A stretch of DNA of 64,000 nucleotides from Camelus dromedarius. Its lineage: Eukaryota. Both the position numbers and the translations under genes were made by a program. The stretch spans positions 42,348,001 to 42,412,000 of the forward strand of contig NC_087436.1 in the NCBI RefSeq assembly GCF_036321535.1, written 5' to 3'. Below are positions 54,206 to 64,000 of this stretch, in pieces (the first letter of the stretch is position 1; the number at the start of each line of letters is the position of its first letter). Below the pieces are notes generated by a model that worked only from the letters and a program-made list of their open reading frames with translations, did no database searches and had not been told where the DNA came from.

Positions 54206-57200
54206 CACAGTTTCATTGGCAGGTATTAGGAGTGTAACTTGATGGAATATTCTGGGAGCTGGGAAGCACAGAAAGCATCCTGTTAGAAGACAATAGAATA
54301 GATAACTGATCTTCTCCTTCTGGATCTGGTACCAGATGGCAGGTCTAGAATCACAAGAGATTAGCTGAGATGAACATCACCTGTGCAAGCAGGGTGGGCT
54401 GAACTGCAAGTGCAGGACAGTTACTGTGCCTCTCCCTCCTAAGATTTTAGATATTCTCTGCCTACAAGGAGAGACATTTCTGGAAGAATTCTTATTGTCT
54501 TGCCTTGTCAGGGACATTACCTTTGTAGAGATCCATGAGGCCTCCAGTTACTATCAGATTATTATGAGTACTCATTTATACTCATTTCAGTCTTCAGTGA
54601 ATGAGGGCAGCTGGACAGAGACTTCTTTTAGAAATGCAAATAACTCTGGGGAAGATGCAGGTAATACTATAAACACAATATGATAAGCAATGAGCCTAAA
54701 ACAGTCAGCCAAAAGACAGGAATCCTTCCAAGATGATGTTCCACCACAACCACCCTTCAGTTCAGTCTAGAGTAGAGAGGGGAAAACAAGGAGAGGATAT
54801 TGCCTTGGTTTGTTTTGTTGTTGTTGTTGTTTTGTTCTGTTTTGTTTTAGGTATCTAAGTTAACTGGAGGGGGATATCTAAGTGCAAGGCAATTGTGCTG
54901 TTGGCAGGCACCTCTCCACCCTCTTGACTGCTGGGTCACTAACCAATAGCTGAGAGAAGATGAGTCTTTGGGGATGGTTATCCTCAGGGCACGTACAGGG
55001 TTAGGTAAGCAGTCCACCCCATCGGCCAGTGAGTGGTGATGAACTTTGGCTGATACAATAGTATTTGTTTCCACTTTTCTATTTCTCCATTGTCCAGCAG
55101 GTAGAATAGTAGTGAATCACATGTGACTTACATCCTACCAATACAGGTTCAGTGATTGGCAGATTAACTCTTGGAAAAATGAGATGACAGCCAAAGTCAA
55201 GAGTACTGCAATGCATTTTTGCCCTATTTTCTATTCTCAGTTTCAGGTGCTTTATCCTACCAAATAGTAGACATGGGAAAGTGGAGAGGTAGGAAACAAG
55301 AAGGAAAGAGTGAAAAAAAAAAAAAAGATCAGATCAATGGCTAACTCCTGGAACTGACATCGCTGACATTTCACCTGCAAGACCACTGAGTTTCATTTGT
55401 AAAAAAAATTAATGAATTAATTAAGTATATGAATGAATAAGGAGCTCAATGCATAGGTTATAGATACAAAGCAAAGATGATGTGTTGTATTTAAGTCAGT
55501 AAGACATTAATGGAATATTCTCATTTTCATAGTCTTCTCAACACATTCTTATTTACCCCAGAAACAAAAGAGCCCATTATGCTAAGCTTCTCTGAACCAA
55601 TGTTTAACTCTCAAGATGATGATGTTTAAAGCAACCTTACTGTAAAACTGTTAAACTTAATATTTAACTGTTAAACTTAATATTCCTTATTTTCTAACAC
55701 ATACCTTTTTGAAAATGAGTAACAGCTTAAGAATTTCAGAAACATGATTCTTCATGATTCAGAGTCAGGAACCCCTCTAAATGTGTGTGGTTTTGATATA
55801 CAGTCACATCTATTTACATATACAGCTTAAGTCAGGTATTTCCTAATCACATTGTACTTGCCTACTTAGCTTGGTTTTATGCTTGATATACAAACATATT
55901 TTAAAATCAATACTTTATAAAACTCTAAGATGCAATTCTAATTAATGATTTGGTACAAATTCTAGTATATTTTCTGCCTAAGTCCTACCAATAAACATCA
56001 ACTTAAGAGTGAAATTATTTTCACACACATCATTCTACAAAACAATTTCTTCTGGTTATAACAGCATGCTACCCCAAGAAAGTGTTTAGCACAACACTGT
56101 GGAACGACCTTCCCATAAGGTCTATCAGAAACAACTAGCCATCCTGACTCCCAGTATAAGCCTTCTATTGAGGCAATGTAAATTCTCCACAGATTGCAGA
56201 AGGAAGTGGAGGGAGAAGGCAAACCCTTGTAAACAAGATAAGCAACATTTAGTGCAATATTATTTAAAATTCAAATTATTTTTAAAAACATGATGAACAA
56301 AATATTAAAATTTTAAATAAAGACAAGATTTGATTTTGCACTTACAGGATCCTATCTCACTTAATTCACCCTACTCTAAGCTCTGGTTCCAATAAAACTT
56401 TATTTACAAAAGTAGGTGGATAGGCCATAGGTATGGCACGTCAATTTAAATGTTTAAAAATATTGTTTATCTTAATAACTGTGAGTTTTGTACTCCCTTG
56501 AATAATGCTTCATCTCACTCTGATTTCCATCCTGGTGGCATATATATCAAACTCTATTAAACTGCTCACTTTAAATAGCTTCACTTGGTTTTACATCAAT
56601 TATAACTCAATGAAGCTGTTAAAAATGAAAAAAACTCTTCATGTATAATGCTACAGAGACTCTTACTTACTTTCACTCTCATATCTCACTAATATATTCA
56701 TAGGGCATTAAATTCTACTGGCTTGTATTTGAGGATAATTTGTCTATTTTATTTCCGTGTTCTTGTCTGGAAAGATGTAGATTGTGGCTGGGTACAAGAA
56801 GGGACTGATGATTATTTTCTGACAACATAGTTGTGTGCTAGTTGGAATTAGGCTTATCTGTCAGTGACAGAAAAATAGCAGCACTTGAACCAAAGTAAAG
56901 CTTGTTTCCTTTTCTCTTTTCTTTCTGGGCTACAACCTTCATTCTTTTGGCCTAAATGGGTGAACTCCAAGCTCCTACAGCAGAATGAGGAGAAAATAAA
57001 AAAGAGGGCAAAGGGAACATTCCAGTTGTCCCTTTGGGAAGGTTCCTGGAAACTATCAAAATGTACTTCTGTTTTCATTCCTTCTATAGATTTTAGTTAC
57101 AAGGATACATACCTTGGACACAAAGAGCTTAGCTTCAAGGAGACTGGGAGATTACTGTGGGTGGCCATATGCACATGTAAACATTGTACCATCATGATTG

Positions 57201-57726
57201 GGACTTAACCTTCCCCATTTCTCAAAAGAGGGGATTTACTTCATGACACTGATGTTTTCCTGAGATTTAAGATTTTGTATTTTAATCAAAAACAAAGCTG
57301 GATCTAATTTGGGGGCTGCTAGAAGTAAAAAGGGGTAATAGTAATAAAAATATACCTGACTAAAAATGGGCTCTCTGCTTGAATGCAATAATGCAGAAGA
57401 AAGTACAATTTCAAAGAGAAAGAGTTACACTGAGTGGTTAAAATATCCATTTTAAGATCCATATTTATAAATTCTAAACTGGATTAAAAAAACTGAGGGA
57501 GCTATTTTAATAATACTTGTCACTTACATTTGAAAATCTGTTTATTTCTCCCATAAATAAAGGCGTACTATTCTGTTCTTTCTCTCTTGATTAAAACTCT
57601 TTCAAGCTGACTAAAATTTGCATGTTCAATCTGACATTTGTTTGTCTTTGGGGGAGATTTAGTGACAATGACTAACCTGTTCAACTATCATATTGTAAGA
57701 CAGTGATCAGCTTTTAAGGATGTAAC

Positions 57727-58953
57727 TGGGGAGGAGATCAAGACGGTGGAGTAGGAGAATGCTGAGTTCACCTCCCCACAAGAATACATCAAAAATGCAT
57801 CTACATGTGAAGCAGTTCTTACTGAAAACAATACTGGAGACTGGCAGAAAGTCTCTTATACAACCAGGGCTCTAAGAAAGATCCACATGGAGTCGGGTAA
57901 GAAGGAAAGAGAAGTGATCAGGTCAGGACCTGTTACATAGGCTCAGAGATCCTCCTTGGGGAGTGAATGGTTCAAACCACACATTGGGTGGCCTAGCCCT
58001 GGGGTATGACACCAGGAAGACAAGTCCATTTGGCTGGTTTGAAGACCAATAGGGCTGTGAGGGAGTCCACTCATGAAAAGTGTACACACAGGCTTGCTTG
58101 CTCCAAAAACAAAGTGGAGGAAGATGACTGAGACTGGCTGAGACCTTGGACGGTTTCCTGAAATTGCCCTAAGGCATGCCCTAACCCATGCTAAATGCCC
58201 ACTCTGGCACCTCTTGCTCTGTGGCACAGCTCCCTAGCAGGACAAAGGCTGCCAGTGCTGAGGAGAGTGTGCAGTTAGGGGGATGGAACCGGCTCAGACT
58301 CAGCACTACATCTCAATGGGGTCGGGGTGGTTATTGCCGGTGCTCTTAGAAGCAGCAGATTGGGAGCCATCTGGAACCCTGACTGGTGTGCCGGGACTAC
58401 CCAAATGTGCACGTGCTCCACGCCTTCTTGCTCCAGTGCATTCTCCCCTGGGATAAAGGTGTCAATGCTGGGATGGAGGAGAGCACACATTTAGAGGGAC
58501 TGGAACCAGCTAAGATCCCACCTTCAGGGTTTTTGCTCTAGTGTCTTGAGACTCTACCCTGCCCCCAATAGCATGCTGTTGGCCACTGAGTGTAGGAAGA
58601 GCCTCAGCATACCTGGCTTTGGCTCTTGCCCCTCCATATCCAGCCCCACCTCCCATCAAAGTGATAGCTGCCAGCACACCCCGAGAAAGATATGACTCAT
58701 GATCATTTCAAATCCAGCTCTTCCAACAAAGGCAGTGGGCATACAGATGCAGCCACACAAGGACACCCCTTCAAGACTGGGATAGAAAACTATTTTACCT
58801 AAATTCATAGAGACAGAGAAAGTTAATAAGCAAAATGAGAAGATAGAGGAATTTGTTTCAAATGAAAGAACAAGAAAAATACCTTGAAAAAGCAACAAAC
58901 TAAATAAATAATTTACCACATAGAGTTCAAAGTATTAGAAATAAGAATGCTAG
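57727..58953 (+). mobile_element. L1 5'UTR plus start of ORF1, 3' truncated (cetartiodactyl-type L1)
   Basis: Starts ggggaggagatcaagacggtggagtagg (variant of the L1 AAGATGGCGG start). GC-richer UTR. ORF1-like ATG at 58835 (MRR*RNLFQMKEQEK), ending abruptly at about 58953. Confidence 0.8.
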
Positions 58954-59149
58954 GTCTGTTTGAATCCTATGTTTATATATATGTGTATATATATATTTGG
59001 CTAAATTTGGCTGATTTATGTTTCTAGATATGACTTATTTGGAATCAAATGGAAAAGTAGCTGTATTAAATTTACTTCTCAGGAAAAACCTATTAATCAC
59101 AGCAAGGAAAAGCTCTTGGTATAAGCACTTTATAAAAAGCTTAGCAATA

Positions 59150-59315
59150 GGGGGGAGGGTATAGCTCAAATTGTAGAATGCCTGCTCAGCATGCACTAGG
59201 TCCTAGGTTCAATCCCCAGTACCTCCACTGAAAAAGTAAAAAAATAAATAAACCTAATTACCTCCCCCCTGCAAAACAAAAAATTATAAAATAAATAAAT
59301 AAAACTCTTTTTAAA
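59150..59315 (+). mobile_element. Camelid tRNA-derived SINE (Vic-1 type)
   Basis: gggggagggtatagctcaa..gtaga..agcatgca..ggtcctaggttcaatccccagtacctcca with A/B boxes and an A-rich tail; 15-bp TSD aaaaagcttagcaat (59134-59148) / aaaaagcttagaaat (59316-59330). Confidence 0.9.
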
Positions 59316-61875
59316 AAAAAGCTTAGAAATGACCTCACAATAGTAGCAGGAGTTGGCAGACACAAGCCAGTGAGCCTTCTCAGGCCAAACAGTACAGTTT
59401 CTTGGCATACATAGAAAAAATTCTAAAAATGGCATTTTCCATGTACAAGGCAATGAGAATGGAATGTCTTTTTTGTTACCACCATTTATGGAAGGAATCC
59501 AGAGTTTCTTACAAACATATAAATTTTGTTGTAGTAGCTAGACACAATACCAACATGTGGTAGACAGAGAAGCAGACATTTAGAATTATATTACATAACA
59601 TAATTTTAAAAAACCACTTCCATTAGCAGTCATGCTGGGAGAAGTGTGACTGTATTTCAGTTCATGACCATACATAAACAATTAAATAAGGAAATGGCAC
59701 CATATCCAGGTACAGCTGCTGTTCTCATCTGTGCTTTTATCTATGAGGTCACTGTTGATTTGTTGAATTAGCCAAAACTTGACATTTTTCTGTAAAAAGT
59801 GGACAGGATGCCAGAGTCTACTTCACTTTAAAATGATTCTTTCTGTGTCTTCCAAGCCTGTGTAAAATTTACCCATTCCTTACACTTACCGAGTCTTCAT
59901 TCAGATTTTCTACCTTACCTGAAATCTTTGAGCAGTCTGGTCAATAAACCAGTGAAATAAGTCTAGGACATATCGTACAGAACTTGCTCAGTTTTGAGGA
60001 AACATTCATCAACCTATTTGAGAATGACCCAGAATTTTATTACTCTATTATGCTTTGCCATTAATGGTATGTGAATTGTTCTGTTGCTGACTCTAGACCT
60101 GGAATTTCCCTTACTACTTCTAATGGAGAAACTTTTGGGCTTGGAAATGTGTTAAACTTTAAATATGAGTCATAAATGAACATATATATATATATAATAT
60201 ATATATATATATAAAATTTATATGTATGATTGTGAATTTTAGCATCAATCATAGTTTGATTTGTATTATAATTAGTTGTGCATTTTTGTATTTTTCTTAT
60301 GACACTGGGCTTCATGGATAAAAGGTGTGGTATATCAACTTTTATTTACCAAAAATACAGAATTATTCTTGGAAGAAGATAGCGAGCACTCAAGATATCT
60401 TTTTTTTAAATTGAGTTGAGTTGAAGTGAATTTCATTTTCAAAGCTTTATTATACAGATATTTTGTGGACAACATTCTGCTTGGATGATGCCCTACATTG
60501 CTTAAGCAGAGCAGTACAGTTAATTATAGTAGTTTTAAATTGATTTTTGGTGAATTCTAGGCAAGTCAAAATGCATTTTCAGAGATATTGCTGTTTCTTT
60601 TCATCTTTTGTTACCACAATGTTATTTCAGAATCTTAAATAACAAAAAAAAATTTATAGCTAAGCATATGTTACTTTTCCTTTCAGCCCTCAAAATTATC
60701 CCACCAAACACAGAATAGTACTAAAGAACCTGGGTTTGTGCCTAGTATTTGTTGCTAATTAGTATTTGACTTTAAGTTGGCTTCTTAAGGCTTAAAAATC
60801 ACACTAAATTTTTAAGAAGGGAAAATTGGTCTAGATATCTTGTGTCTCCTGAAATCTAAAATTCCTTTATTTTCTAAAGTCATTTTGTGTTTACAAAGTC
60901 CACTAAGACATGGGGAAGAGAAGATAGGCAAGCCTTCACTTCTGTCCTCAGCTTAAGAAAAAGAAAATACTATTTAGGTATCATTATTTACCATTGAACT
61001 TTTCCATGCATTAGATGAAGGCAAGGTACTAAGATCCCTCTTCCTCAAGGAGACAAATGGAAACAGAGACAGCAGAAAACTGAAACAAGCTCATTTAATC
61101 AATGGAAAAAATATGATTAGATTAGGTCTCCTGAGTCCACATCCTTTATTTGACAAATGACTTATTTTCACAAAACAGCCCAATTTTTTCTCAGTACTCT
61201 ACTAGATAGTTTGCTTCCACTCTGTCGACATATTTTCATCCTCTTTCGTAACGCATCCCTCCCTATATTCTTTATCTTCCTTTCTCTCTCTTTAGATTCC
61301 TTCCTATGTTTTAGAAAACTTTTTCCATTTCTTTCTTTCCATGAGAGAAATCCTAGAAGCAATTGTCTAATTATTTCACCCTTTTAACAGTAATTGTAAC
61401 AGTGAAAGCTAAAGTAAATACACATCTGATGCCATATTTAACAGCATGCTATAAAGTTTACATTTCAATGGACCTTGAACTACATGAAAATACATAAATC
61501 CTTTTCCTTTCTTTGTCCTATGTCAACTCCTTCTATCAACCCCCTCTATCAAATTCTACTTGGAATCACTTAATCAGGGCTGAGTTGAGACTTTTTTAAA
61601 GTAACTGAATGCTAATTACTGTTCTCCAATTAGACATAATTTTAACTTTAAGGTAAGAATTCAAGCTGAGTGCTTAAATTAGTTGTACTCAACTTTTAGC
61701 AGTGGCCACATGTAATGGAATGAGAAACATATATTACTGAAATAACAGAGAATATTAAAGATATAAAAGGAAAGAAAGGAGCAGAATTCAGGTTAAAAAA
61801 CAGTTTGACATAACACTGTTACGCCTTTATTCTTTGGGGTACGTGGTGATTGTTTTCTTTTGAATCCCTGTAAGA

Positions 61876-62038
61876 GGGTTCTCAAATTTTAGAGAAGCAG
61901 AATCCCCTGGAGGGTTTATTAAAATACATATTGCTAGGCCCCACCCCCAAGGTTTCTGATTCTGTAGGTCTGGAGCGAGGCCTCAGAACCTGCATTTTTA
62001 ATTGGCTCCCAGGAGATGCTGATGCTGTTAGTATGGGC
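61876..62038. mobile_element. MER5A (hAT-Charlie)
   Basis: ggttctcaaa..cagaatcccctggaggg..ggccccaccccca..tttctgattctgtaggtctgg..tgcatttttaa..tcccaggagatgctgatgctg. Confidence 0.88.
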
Positions 62039-62639
62039 TGTATAGTTGTTTCTATCTTAAGAGAAGATATTTCTAAAACCAGTTCATGTTTTGCTTTCAA
62101 AACTATGCAACCTCTTTTTTTTTCTGGACTTAGATTATATGCGCTCTCTTTTTAGATGCATTTCATTAACACTCACTGTTTTTAGTGAGATCTTAAAGCA
62201 AGGGTCAAAATTTTCTTTAAATTCTGGCTTAATAAAGTAACAAAAGCAGGCTGGCTGGAAACATGTATACAAATAGAATTTGCAATCACTATAAATATGA
62301 AATAAGTATCTGCGATATGTAAGCAGAGCACCCAGAGAAAAGGTATGCTGCTTTCACAAACCTTAAATCATTCCAGACTCTTCAAAAGACCAGCAGAGCA
62401 TCATAAAAATTATATAACACAGCACACAGACATACACATTATAACACTTACCATGATTTTGAAAATTCTCCAAGAATATGTGATATGAAAATCATAACGG
62501 TATAGAAGTGAAATCATGCAGATTGTTGAAATGTTGAAATACATATTCATTTTATACAATGTCACTGGGGAATAATTCATTACACTAATAAAAAGAAAAG
62601 ATTTACTTATATAATAATTCTATGACTCTATGAATATTA

Positions 62640-63625
62640 TCAAAATTCCTTAAAGAGATGAAAATGTTAAGAACAAAAAACAAAAAGAAATTCTAGAGAT
62701 CAAAAACATTGTAACAAAAATGAAGAATCCTTTGAGGGGCTTATTAATAGGCTGAACACAGCTGAGGAAAGAATTTCTGACCTTCAGGATAAGTCAGCAG
62801 ACAATTCCAAAACAGAAAAGCAAAGAGAAAAAGGGCTGAAAAAAAAAATGGAACAGAACATCCAAGAACTGTGGAACAAATACAAAAGGTGTAACATATG
62901 CATAATGGGAATACCAGAAGGAGAAGAAAGAGAAAAGAAATATTTGAAGCAATAATGGCTGAGAATTTCCCCAAATAGTCAGATACCAAATCACAGATCC
63001 AGGAAATTCAGAACACTAAGCAGGATAAATAGCAAACAAAAAAATAAACAAAAAATTGCAAGTAGACATATCATAGTCAAACTGCAGAGATCAAAGATAA
63101 AAAAATCTTGAAAGAGCCAGAGGGCAAAAACATATTCCCTAGAGGATCAAAGATAAATATTACATCCAACTTCTCCTCAGAAACCATGCAAACAAGAAGA
63201 GAGTGGAGTGAAATATTTAAAACGTTGAGAGAAAAACTCACTAACCTAGAATTCTGTATGCTGTGAAATATTCTTCAAAACTGAAGGTGAAATAAAGATC
63301 TTCTCAGACAAGCTAAAATTGAGAGAACTTGTTGCCAGTAAACCTCCCTTGCAAGAAATGTTAAAAGAAATTCTTCAGAGAGAAGGAAAGTAATGTAGGT
63401 CAAAAACTCGGAATTATGTAAAGAAAGAGCATTGCGGAAGTAATAAGTGAAGGTAAAATAAAAACTTATTTTTCTTATTGATTCAACACCTAAAAGTTTG
63501 TCTCAAATATTAATAGCAACAATGTATTTGATTATGTATGCTTATATGTGGCTTATGTGTGCTTATGAATAAGTGAAACAAATGACAGCAATGTCACAAG
63601 GGACTAGAGAGAGGAATTATAATAA
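62640..63625 (+). mobile_element. L1MC/L1MD-like ORF1 region
   Basis: gaaattctagagatcaaaaaca..aaatgaagaat..ctgaggaaagaat..catccaagaactgtgg..acttctcctcagaaaccatgcaa..aacctagaattctgtat. Confidence 0.88.
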
Positions 63626-63685
63626 TTACTGTTTTTCAAATTGAGATACAATTGACATTAATTTGAGAAATTAGAATTATTCCTA

Positions 63686-64000
63686 TTTTTTAACTGAGGT
63701 ATAACTGACATTAATTTCAGGTATACAACACAATGATTTGACATTTGTATACACTGCAAAATGATCACCCAATAAGTCTGGTTAACATCAATCATCACAT
63801 AGAGTTACAATTTTTTTTCTTGTGAGAGAAACCATTGAAAAAAATTTTTAGTTTTAAAAAATAAGCACTGAAGAATTCACTGCATGTATAATTCTTGTTG
63901 TAATGAGAATTTTTAAAGCTACTCCCTTAGCAACCTGCAAATATACAATAAAGTATTATTACCTATAGTCATCATGCTGTACATTACATCATCCCTAGGA
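63686..64000 (-). mobile_element. L1 3'UTR (L1MA9-like), continuing beyond the window
   Basis: ttttttaactgaggtataactgacat..tttcaggtatacaaca..atgatttgacatttgtata..ctatagtcatcatgctgtacattacatc. Confidence 0.85.

Noticed and set aside
59150..59230. tRNA-like sequence
   Set aside because: It is the SINE head: it has a tail and TSD and a degenerate cloverleaf, so it is not a tRNA gene.
59865..60025. Two strong minus-strand donor motifs with an upstream acceptor
   Set aside because: All three frames contain stops; no support for an exon.
1..64000. Prokaryote-style systems (CRISPR arrays, operons, defence islands)
   Set aside because: The sequence is mammalian; there are no regularly spaced repeat-spacer arrays and no long intact ORFs.

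Overview
AT-rich, repeat-dense mammalian DNA, almost certainly camelid (alpaca/camel): it carries a tRNA-derived Vic-1-type SINE at 59150-59315. I could not identify any intact protein-coding gene; the window looks intergenic or deep intronic. Three processed pseudogenes cluster within about 6.6 kb: a full-length RPSA copy (+, inside an old L1), a C-terminal NOL10 copy (-), and a 191-bp UHRF2 RING fragment with no UTR or tail (+). The best finding is that the NOL10 retrocopy is chimeric. One target-site duplication encloses a MER21-type LTR segment joined in sense to NOL10, apparently at the LTR's splice donor and a NOL10 exon start. This suggests a fossil cDNA of an LTR-initiated, spliced, WD40-less NOL10 isoform expressed in the germline or early embryo. 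The rest is ancient and lineage-specific transposons (MIR, L2, L1, MLT1/ERVL, ERV1 LTRs, MER3/MER5/MER58) and microsatellites. Repeat family names and most repeat boundaries come from recalled consensus sequences and are approximate; no database search was run.
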